Of a stretch of DNA of 64,000 nucleotides, positions 37,127 through 44,292 are shown in pieces. Made by a program: the position numbers and the translations under genes. Origin of the DNA: Candidatus Moranbacteria bacterium UBA4824 (GTDB lineage: Bacteria > Patescibacteriota > Minisyncoccia > Moranbacterales > UBA2206); contig DHFM01000046.1 of NCBI GenBank assembly GCA_002400405.1, forward strand, positions 11,722 to 75,721. The letters are read 5' to 3'. Position 1 is the stretch's first letter. Each line of letters opens with the position of its first letter. Below the pieces are notes generated by a model. The model saw only the letters and a list, made by a program, of their open reading frames with translations, searched no databases and had not been told where the DNA came from.

Positions 37127-37168
37127 ACCCGCCTCGCGTCGACAAGTGGTCTCCACGAGTCGAGGCGG
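37127..37168. repeat. Repeat family J: GC-rich hairpin (cccgcctcgcgtcgac...gtcgaggcggg) between the 7TM gene and the ATP-grasp fusion gene
   Basis: Perfect 9-bp outer stem. A related copy at 54668..54712 lies inside the tsaE 3' end. Confidence 0.45.
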
Positions 37169-37197
37169 GCGAATGTGGCACATGCGAATTAATTTAA

Positions 37198-37848
37198 TTA
37201 TAAGTTTTTCATTATCTTGCGAAAACGAAAGTATTCGCTAACGCGTAGCCCTGTCCATTTGCCAAGCATTACATTAATTGGAATGGTAAGAAATACTATC
37301 CAAGGATAAAGAGCTAAAAAGTGAATGAGGGTGCTGGAGCTGGCGATAAAAAAACCTAAAATAGAAATGATTAAAGTTTCAATGGCTAAAATTATTGCAG
37401 CTTTGTCTCCTTTTTCAATTTGCACGGTCACAAATTTTTCCACCAAGGTAATCATAATTAGAATTGGAAAAATTGATACCGATGCCAAGCCCGTTCTTTT
37501 GAATTCTCCACCAATAACTAGGATTCCCAAAATTAACATTGCCACCGCAGTGAGCATGATGGCCACGCGCGGAAGATAGAGCAAGCGAAAAGGTTTAAGA
37601 ACAAAACGCATCAGCATGCCAGAAAAGATAACGGTGACAAAAATTGCAATGCCGTATTTGAGTCCATTAGTGGCAAGAAAAGCAAAAGTCACGATCAGCG
37701 GAGCATAAATTCCAAAAGCTTTGATTCCGACTACTTGGCGCAAAAATGCGATGAAAGTAGCAATTATCGGAAGCATAAGAATCAAAATAACTGTGGCAAA
37801 AGGTACGCCTTGGCCGAGAAAGAAATCAATTATTGGACTAGTGTTCAT
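37198..37848 (-). CDS. 7-TM membrane protein (7TM domain of the '7TM-transglutaminase' family, which partners RimK-like/retropepsin-like systems)
   Basis: 216 aa with about 6-7 hydrophobic helices and no soluble domain. Directly upstream of the ATP-grasp::retropepsin gene. The family call is inferred from gene neighbourhood. Confidence 0.4.
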   Translation of the reverse strand: MNTSPIIDFFLGQGVPFATVILILMLPIIATFIAFLRQVVGIKAFGIYAPLIVTFAFLATNGLKYGIAIFVTVIFSGMLMRFVLKPFRLLYLPRVAIMLTAVAMLILGILVIGGEFKRTGLASVSIFPILIMITLVEKFVTVQIEKGDKAAIILAIETLIISILGFFIASSSTLIHFLALYPWIVFLTIPINVMLGKWTGLRVSEYFRFRKIMKNL

Positions 37849-37854
37849 AATTAT

Positions 37855-37950
37855 ACCGATTCGAATCTTCGAATGTATGCGAATTCTCGAATCTACGAAT
37901 TTTTATTTAGCTTATTCGTAGATTCGAATGCATTTGTAGATTCGAATCGC
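37855..37950. repeat. Repeat family A variant array (multiple ATTCGAAT / TACGAAT units in direct and inverted orientation)
   Basis: attcgaatcttcgaatgtatgcgaattctcgaatctacgaat...ttattcgtagattcgaatgcatttgtagattcgaatcgc. Lies 5' of the 7TM gene ATG and also encodes the C-terminal tail of ruvC. Confidence 0.55.
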
Positions 37951-38467
37951 GGTTAAGGTTATTAATTTTTCTACTATTAATGTGGCAAAGCGCAATTGCA
38001 ATCGCATCGGCTGTGTCATCCGGTTTTGGTAAATTTGCTAAATTCAAAATATTCTTAGTCATCAACTGCACTTGCTTTTTTTCCGCTCGGCCGTAGCCCG
38101 TTAGAGCTTGTTTGACTTGGAGTGGAGTGTAGCTAGCTACTCTAACATTATTTTGGCATAAAGTCAAGAGAATTGCCCCCCTGGCTTGGGCGACGGTGAT
38201 AACCGTTTTTTGATTTTTAAAGAAGAAGATTTCTTCTACGCCTGCTTCTTGGGGTTGATATTTTTCAATTATATCTTTCAAATCACGAGATATTTCAAAA
38301 ATTCTATCCTCGTCAGATTTTTCAGGAGAAGTGGCGATGTGGCCATATGCCAAAGGTTTCATTTCCCCATCTTTTTCTTCTAATATAGCCCAGCCAGTTG
38401 TAGCCGTCCCAGGATCAATTCCAAGTACTCGCAAAGTTTTTTTTGAAGTTTCAGCTTTCTTTTTCAT
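37907..38467 (-). CDS. ruvC: Holliday junction resolvase RuvC
   Basis: LGIDPGTATTGWAIL...PQEAGVEEIFFFKN...DDTADAIAIALCH. C-terminal 20 aa encoded by the repeat A array. Confidence 0.85.
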   Translation of the reverse strand: MKKKAETSKKTLRVLGIDPGTATTGWAILEEKDGEMKPLAYGHIATSPEKSDEDRIFEISRDLKDIIEKYQPQEAGVEEIFFFKNQKTVITVAQARGAILLTLCQNNVRVASYTPLQVKQALTGYGRAEKKQVQLMTKNILNLANLPKPDDTADAIAIALCHINSRKINNLNRDSNLQMHSNLRIS

Positions 38468-38606
38468 ATCTATATTATAGCTTAAAAGGAAATTTTTTTG
38501 AAGGGCTTGGATTTTTTTCGTCTGCTATGGACAAAATTCTACGAATATGATTAGATGTAGTATTCAGTAGTGATAGAATTTTTCACAACCAATAAGGAGG
38601 TGCACA

Positions 38607-39095
38607 TTGAAAAGAGGAATAGTGCCGTTTGCATTTGGAGTTCCATGGATGATTTTGTCGAATCATCGAATCGCCCTTATAGCCTCAAAAAAAGCTCACA
38701 AACTTGGGGCGCCGGTATATACTCAGCTTGATATTCGAATTGAGGCGGGTATCGAAGTTGAGTTTACCGAGGAACAGCCTGGCAATCCGCCACCAACTTT
38801 ACGATTTGCAAGAGGAGCGGTGCAGTGGGCTCTGCGCAAAAACCTCACAGATTTGTGGATTGTCGCCGCAAAACCTCACCTATGGCGTTGTGTTCGAGAC
38901 CTTACTTGCGCTATTCAGGAGGAGAAAGCGCAAATTAAAATTCATGTCTGTGAAGAAATAAATCAATATCCTGAAGATGAGTGGTTTTGTGCCGACTCGA
39001 TGCAGGAGTGGACACAATCGCGGAAGAATTGGCAAAGCAGGGAGCGAATCATAAAGATCATCCCGTTCTTTATTTACAAACTCATTGCAAGCTGA
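38607..39095 (+). CDS. Hypothetical protein encoded by a high-GC (about 50%) foreign-looking gene
   Basis: 162-aa ORF with TTG start, 7 nt after a perfect AAGGAGG Shine-Dalgarno (38594-38600). Composition clearly GC-richer than neighbours. No recognisable family. Confidence 0.5.
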   Translation: MKRGIVPFAFGVPWMILSNHRIALIASKKAHKLGAPVYTQLDIRIEAGIEVEFTEEQPGNPPPTLRFARGAVQWALRKNLTDLWIVAAKPHLWRCVRDLTCAIQEEKAQIKIHVCEEINQYPEDEWFCADSMQEWTQSRKNWQSRERIIKIIPFFIYKLIAS

Positions 39096-39368
39096 ACAGC
39101 AGAAGCCCCTTATGGAAAATTAATTCCATCGGGGGCTTCTTTATTTCCAAGAAATTCTCCATTAATTAAGTATTTTGAATTTATTATGCTGTATATATAA
39201 GTGCAGTAAAAATCAAAATCACAAAACAATCTCATATCTCGTCGCTTTGTCTTAGCTGATTTTTTATATCACATTTTTATCTATGTGAGTATATGGGAAT
39301 ATATGTGAGGAAGAATTAACAAAAAAACCGCCAGATGGCGGAATTTTGTTTATAGAAAGTGTAATAAA

Positions 39369-39551
39369 TTATTTTTTTAGCTTTCTTTTTTTTATGACTT
39401 TATTGATTAAAGAAAGTTGATCTTTATTGGCTAAATGAATGGCTTTTTTAATAACTTTCTTCTTTTCTCTTGCTGGTAAATCAAAAAACACAGTTGGAGT
39501 GGAGACCTTACCGTAATCGCAACCTATTAATTTTAGTAATTTAGTTACCAT
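39369..39551 (-). CDS. Small basic protein downstream of the zeta-like gene (possible antitoxin/partner)
   Basis: 60-aa K-rich ORF. 8-nt gap from the zeta-like gene stop. Confidence 0.25.
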   Translation of the reverse strand: MVTKLLKLIGCDYGKVSTPTVFFDLPAREKKKVIKKAIHLANKDQLSLINKVIKKRKLKK

Positions 39552-39559
39552 ATATTTAA

Positions 39560-40231
39560 TTATAACATTTTTTTAAGCGTTTGTGGAGTGTAGTCAATTC
39601 TTAGCAATTTGTCAATCGAAGGAATGTTTATTCGGAATTTCTCAACATCGTGCTTAAAATCTTTTTCTATTAAAAATAATATAACTTTATCGCCGAAATC
39701 TTTCTTTATAGCATTTACATTCTCTTTGGCTTTAAAGAAAGTATCTACAAAAACGTCTTTAGTTATTCGACGTCCTTCTATTTCTTCTCGTGCTTTTGTA
39801 AATTCCCAAGCGATTTTTGGATCTTGATAGAGATAGAAAATAGCTACAAGTCTATGATGATCAAGTGCGCGCGATATATTTTTTCTAGCAACACCAATAC
39901 TTGATAGAGTTCCATCTATAATGGCGTCATATTTTTTATGTATTATATGATCATATAAAATTTCAACACCCTTACTGCAAGCCGATTGAAATAGGTGCGA
40001 GTTTGATCCTGTGTAATCTGGAAATAATTCTCTGATTTCATCAGCATCAATTCTAACTAGAGGTTTCTTGAGTATTTCTATTAAGTTTTTTGAGAATTCT
40101 GTTTTTCCAGCACCAGGAGATCCAGCCATAAAAATAGTTGCAGGAATTTTTTTCGATTCGTAAATAGCCGGATTGGCAAATTTTTGAATCAAAATCTTTT
40201 TATTAGACTTGATATATTCAACGGGGTTCAT
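39560..40231 (-). CDS. Zeta-toxin-family P-loop kinase-like protein
   Basis: 223 aa. Walker A FMAGSPGAGKTEF. Layout RIDADEIR...DAIIDGTL consistent with zeta/UNAG-kinase-like fold. Confidence 0.5.
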   Translation of the reverse strand: MNPVEYIKSNKKILIQKFANPAIYESKKIPATIFMAGSPGAGKTEFSKNLIEILKKPLVRIDADEIRELFPDYTGSNSHLFQSACSKGVEILYDHIIHKKYDAIIDGTLSSIGVARKNISRALDHHRLVAIFYLYQDPKIAWEFTKAREEIEGRRITKDVFVDTFFKAKENVNAIKKDFGDKVILFLIEKDFKHDVEKFRINIPSIDKLLRIDYTPQTLKKML

Positions 40232-40273
40232 TTTTTAAGTAAAAATTTCTATAAATTATCAAAAATTTTTTAA

Positions 40274-40408
40274 TATCGCCCAGCCAGTCGTGGCCGTACC
40301 AGGATCGATCCCAAGAATTCGCAGAGTTGATTTTGAAGTTTCAGATTTATTTTTCATAACTATATTATAGCTTAAAGGGGAATTTTTTTGAAGGGCTTTG
40401 ATTTTAAA
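40274..40408 (-). pseudogene. Duplicated ruvC promoter + 5' fragment (first ~27 codons), about 88% identical to 38384..38520
   Basis: The two segments match along the same strand. The fragment encodes MKNKSETSKSTLRILGIDPGTATTGWAIL and then ends. It sits directly upstream of the zeta-like gene. Confidence 0.6.
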
Positions 40409-40482
40409 AAATAAAAAATAACCCAAGAGGGTTATTGATGAAAATTATAGCATAGCGCGCGACATTTCAAAAAACGGCTGTA

Positions 40483-40890
40483 TTATTTTTTGTAAATAAA
40501 TTTGTAAATAAAAAACATCAAAATTCCCCAAATGATAGTATCTGCGATTATTCCAAATGTTGAAATTTGGTTTACAACTTCACCATCTATACCATTAACA
40601 CCCCAATAGTAATATGCAAAGGGTGCACCTATTGTGTTGCAATCACCAGGGCAACCCACACAACAACCACCACATTGACAGTGTACCATATTTGATAATG
40701 AAATAGGTGATAAGAAAATAATCACAGCAACAATTACCACTATAAAAATTGAGATAATTAAATTTTTATTATTCATATGATTTTGATGTTTCTTTAAGGG
40801 TGTTAATTTTTTAATGATTTTAAATTTATTTGAATTACAGAGGTCTTTTTCTGAATATAAGATAAATATAGCATAATTTTTGTAAATCAC
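40483..40890 (-). CDS. Small Cys-rich membrane protein
   Basis: 135 aa. Central TM. Cys cluster HCQCGGCCVGCPGDC. C-terminal TM. Confidence 0.35.
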   Translation of the reverse strand: MIYKNYAIFILYSEKDLCNSNKFKIIKKLTPLKKHQNHMNNKNLIISIFIVVIVAVIIFLSPISLSNMVHCQCGGCCVGCPGDCNTIGAPFAYYYWGVNGIDGEVVNQISTFGIIADTIIWGILMFFIYKFIYKK

Positions 40891-40933
40891 AAAGCAACCT
40901 CATATCTCGTCGCTTTGCCTTCACTAATTTTTT

Positions 40934-42019
40934 TTATATTTTTTTATACCTCGTGCTTCTGCCTTGGCCTATTCTTTCTATTTTTTTCAACTTCAACAAC
41001 ACTTCCAGCGCCTGTTTGACTGTTGGTCGAGGAATATTTGTTTCGGTTGCAATTTTGCCTGTTCCGGCGACGTCAACTTGCTCGAAAAATTTCCAAACTG
41101 CAAGTTGTTTTTCTGATAGAATTTTTTCGATATTTTCTTTTGACAATAATTCAATAGCTGATTGGGATTGCTTTAGCAAAATCGTAAAAAAGAAATCAAG
41201 CCACGGTGCAATATTTTCATTTCTTGTGTGAAAAGTTTTTTGACTGCGTCTAAGCGCGAGATAATAATCAGTTTTGTTATCTTCAACTAATTTCTCATGT
41301 GAAACATAAGGCATATACAAATAGCCACTTTGAAGAAGTAGTAAATTTGTCAAAATTCTGGAAATTCTTCCATTTCCATCTTGAAAAGGATGGATGGCTA
41401 AAAATTCAACCAAAAAATTGGCGATTATGAGTAGGGGATGGTATTTTTTTTCAGTTAACAAAAAATTAGTCGATCCAATCAGTTCCATCATTTCTTTTGG
41501 CGTGAGATAGGGGGAAGTCGGATTGAAAATTATCCCAACTTCTTTTCCTTCTTGATCATAGGCAACAACTTTATTTTCACCGAATTTATAATCTCCCAAA
41601 TGTCCCTGATCTTTGTCCGAATATTTCAGAAGTTCTTTGTGAAAATGTTTAACGGAACTTTCATTGAATTTCAAACTTCCCCAAGAATTAAAAATATTTT
41701 CTAATAGTTCATAATATCCTTGGACTTCTTGCTTGTCGCGGTCGGCAAATTTTTGAATATTTATGCCTTGCATTACCTTTTCAATATCCTCGTCAGTTAG
41801 TTTCACGCCTTCAATGCGCGTCGATGCGCCAGTAGAAGTTATCAAAACAGATCGCTTGAGACGACCCAACGCTTGTGGGCTCAACTGGGCGCCAGTCACC
41901 CAATTGCCCTTTAATTCATCAATCTTGGCGATTTTCGAAATTATTCCAGCGGGAATATTACTAAGTCTTCTGGAGAACTTATCTGTAATGGTGCTATTTT
42001 TTTGTATTTTTGTAATCAT
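40934..42019 (-). CDS. Fic/Doc-family protein (AMPylase-type) with C-terminal wHTH
   Basis: Canonical Fic motif HPFQDGNGRISR. Confidence 0.8.
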   Translation of the reverse strand: MITKIQKNSTITDKFSRRLSNIPAGIISKIAKIDELKGNWVTGAQLSPQALGRLKRSVLITSTGASTRIEGVKLTDEDIEKVMQGINIQKFADRDKQEVQGYYELLENIFNSWGSLKFNESSVKHFHKELLKYSDKDQGHLGDYKFGENKVVAYDQEGKEVGIIFNPTSPYLTPKEMMELIGSTNFLLTEKKYHPLLIIANFLVEFLAIHPFQDGNGRISRILTNLLLLQSGYLYMPYVSHEKLVEDNKTDYYLALRRSQKTFHTRNENIAPWLDFFFTILLKQSQSAIELLSKENIEKILSEKQLAVWKFFEQVDVAGTGKIATETNIPRPTVKQALEVLLKLKKIERIGQGRSTRYKKI

Positions 42020-42119
42020 ATTATTTGGATATATTAACTATGTCCAATTATATCCAATTAAATCATTATAGTCAAGTATGCCCATTGACTAAAAACCTTA
42101 AGTTTGCTATACTGTACAT

Positions 42120-42707
42120 ATGAGTACAGTAAAAAATGACGTAAAAATAAATAAAGGCTCAAATAAGCAAAGATTTGCTGACTTGGCTAAAATAGGTATT
42201 TCAGTCTTTCACTGCGATGATTTGGCTAATTTATGGCAGATAAAAAACCCTAATACTTTGCATACTACGCTAAAGCGATATGCTAAAGAAGGGCTGATTA
42301 TACGAATTCAAAGAGGGTTATATTCTTTTCAGCCAGTAGAAAAAATTGATTTGTTTCTTTTGGGGGTGAAAATATTGCATCGGTATGCTTATATTAGCAT
42401 GGAAACTATTCTGGCTAGGAATGGGATAATTTTTCAAGAGATTCCAAAAACTTCCATTATCAGTTCTATTTCCAAGAATTTTTCTGTTGCCGGTCGAGAA
42501 TACCACTGCCGTCGTTTGGCGGATAAATATCTATATAATGACGCCGGAATTGTTTTGGAAAACGGAGTACAGGTCGCGTCAACAGAAAGGGCGGTGGCGG
42601 ATATCCTCTATTTCAATCCGCGCTATTATTTTGACGGCGATCGCTTGATTGATTGGAAAAAAGTCCGCGCTATCCAAAGAGAAATAGGTTATCCACAAAA
42701 TCGATAA
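42120..42707 (+). CDS. AbiEi-like antitoxin / transcriptional regulator
   Basis: 195 aa. IQRGLYSF motif. Upstream of and overlapping the frame of an AbiEii-like gene. Paralog of 28146..28775. Confidence 0.5.
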   Translation: MSTVKNDVKINKGSNKQRFADLAKIGISVFHCDDLANLWQIKNPNTLHTTLKRYAKEGLIIRIQRGLYSFQPVEKIDLFLLGVKILHRYAYISMETILARNGIIFQEIPKTSIISSISKNFSVAGREYHCRRLADKYLYNDAGIVLENGVQVASTERAVADILYFNPRYYFDGDRLIDWKKVRAIQREIGYPQNR

Positions 42708-42733
42708 AAATAATAATTAAAAAAAACAAAAAA

Positions 42734-43483
42734 ATGATTACTCCAACTCCAAAAGATGCTGAGCATAAAGCATGGATGTTTCGTCTACTAGGCGCGCTAT
42801 TTGATGACGCTTTTTTATCTAGCGTTCTATTTTTCAAAGGCGGAACTTGCGCAGCTATGCGCGAACTTCTAGATCGATTTTCAGTGGATCTTGATTTTGA
42901 TTATATTAGCGAAAAAGGAGAAATCAAAAAGGTTCAAGAAAAAATGGAAGAAATTTTTCAAAAACTCGGTTTGGAGATAAAAGACAAAAGTCGAAATGTT
43001 CCGCAATATTTTTTGAAATATCCAACCACTGCAGGTGGAAGAAATACGCTAAAAATAGACATCTGCTTTCCTGTACCGCAATTTAATCAATATGAAAGCG
43101 CACAACTTTCTGAGATTGATCGCATTGTGAATTGTCAAACAGTTGAAACGATGATGGCTAATAAGCTAATAGCGCTCATTAATCGATTTGAAAAAAACGG
43201 CCATATTGCTGGTCGAGATGTGTATGATGTCCATTATTTTTTTTGGAATGGTTTTCGTTATGACGCGAAAATCATAGAGGATATAAGAAAATGTTCGGTG
43301 GAAAAATTCTTCGAGAATTTGGTGGTTTTTGTTGCTGACAAAATAAATCAAGAAGTTATCGATCAAGATCTCAATATGCTTTTGCCCAACGACAAATTTC
43401 AAATGATGCGAAAAATTCTCAAGCAAGAAACTCTAATGATGCTCAAAGACGAGTTGGCAAGGATAAAGAATGGAAAGTTATAA
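42734..43483 (+). CDS. AbiEii-family nucleotidyltransferase toxin (DUF1814)
   Basis: FFKGGTCAAMRELLDRFSVDLDFD nucleotidyltransferase motif. ATG at 42734 preferred over the ORF-track start 42653. Confidence 0.6.
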   Translation: MITPTPKDAEHKAWMFRLLGALFDDAFLSSVLFFKGGTCAAMRELLDRFSVDLDFDYISEKGEIKKVQEKMEEIFQKLGLEIKDKSRNVPQYFLKYPTTAGGRNTLKIDICFPVPQFNQYESAQLSEIDRIVNCQTVETMMANKLIALINRFEKNGHIAGRDVYDVHYFFWNGFRYDAKIIEDIRKCSVEKFFENLVVFVADKINQEVIDQDLNMLLPNDKFQMMRKILKQETLMMLKDELARIKNGKL

Positions 43484-44191
43484 ATTATCAAAAATCTCCT
43501 CCACATCTTCTTGATCATCAAGAGTTTCGAGAAGTTTGTCGTAGCTTTCTTGGGTGGATGAGTCAATTTCGACAGTGGATTTTGGAATGAAAGTTAAGTT
43601 GGATTCGGAAATTTTAATATTTTTTTCTTCTAAATTATTTTGCACTTTTTGCAGGTCTTGCGGAGCAGTAAAAATAATTAAATTATTTTCTTCAATTTTG
43701 GTGTCTTTGGCGCCAGCTTCAATAGCGAGCATTTCCAATTCATCGGCATCTTTACCAGATAGATCAATTGTAATGGCGCCGACTTGCTCAAAATTCCACA
43801 TGGAACTGCCGGATTCGCCGAATTTTCCGCCGGCTTTAGTGAGAATGCTTTTAATTTCACTTACAGTACGATTTTTGTTATCGGTAGAAGTTTTGATGAG
43901 CATCATGATATTTCCAGGGCCTTTAGCTTCATAGATAATTTCAACAATTTCTGCGCCACTCATTTCACCTGTTCCTTTCTTGACTGCTTTGTCGATATTA
44001 TCTTTAGGCATATTAAACTCCTGGGCCTTTTTCATGGCCATTCGAAGTTTGAAATTTGTGTCTGGGTTGCCACCGCCTTCACGTGCGGCGATGACGATCG
44101 GCTTGGCAAGTTTAGTGAAAATCTTGGCGCGTTTAGCGTCATTTACCCCTTTTCTTTGTTTTATTCCCGCCCAATGTGAGTGTCCTGACAT
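43478..44191 (-). CDS. yebC: YebC/PmpR-family transcriptional regulator
   Basis: MSGHSHWAGIKQRKGVNDAKRAKIFTKLAKPIVIAAREGGGNPDTNFKLRMAMKKA is near-consensus YebC. The ORF-track N-terminal extension (to 44254) runs into repeat F and was rejected. Confidence 0.85.
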   Translation of the reverse strand: MSGHSHWAGIKQRKGVNDAKRAKIFTKLAKPIVIAAREGGGNPDTNFKLRMAMKKAQEFNMPKDNIDKAVKKGTGEMSGAEIVEIIYEAKGPGNIMMLIKTSTDNKNRTVSEIKSILTKAGGKFGESGSSMWNFEQVGAITIDLSGKDADELEMLAIEAGAKDTKIEENNLIIFTAPQDLQKVQNNLEEKNIKISESNLTFIPKSTVEIDSSTQESYDKLLETLDDQEDVEEIFDNL

Positions 44192-44196
44192 AAGAT

Positions 44197-44275
44197 CATG
44201 AAGCATGAAGCATAAAACATGAAGCAATCCGTATTTTTTTGTTTTATGTTTCATGTTGTATGTTACATGTTACAT
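44197..44275. repeat. Repeat family F copy (palindromic: catgaagcatgaagcataaaacatgaagca ... gttttatgtttcatgttgtatgttacatgttacat)
   Basis: Arms are reverse-complementary. Same catgaaaca/tgtttcatg core as 26941 and 54430. Confidence 0.55.
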
Positions 44276-44292
44276 AATTTAAGCTTAGCAGT

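Noticed and set aside
37921-37950. tRNA-like T-arm motif (gattcgaatcgcgg resembles GGTTCGAATCC)
   Set aside because: No acceptor stem, D-arm or anticodon arm can be built around it. It is one unit of the ATTCGAAT repeat array and lies inside the ruvC coding tail. No tRNA genes were found anywhere in the window.
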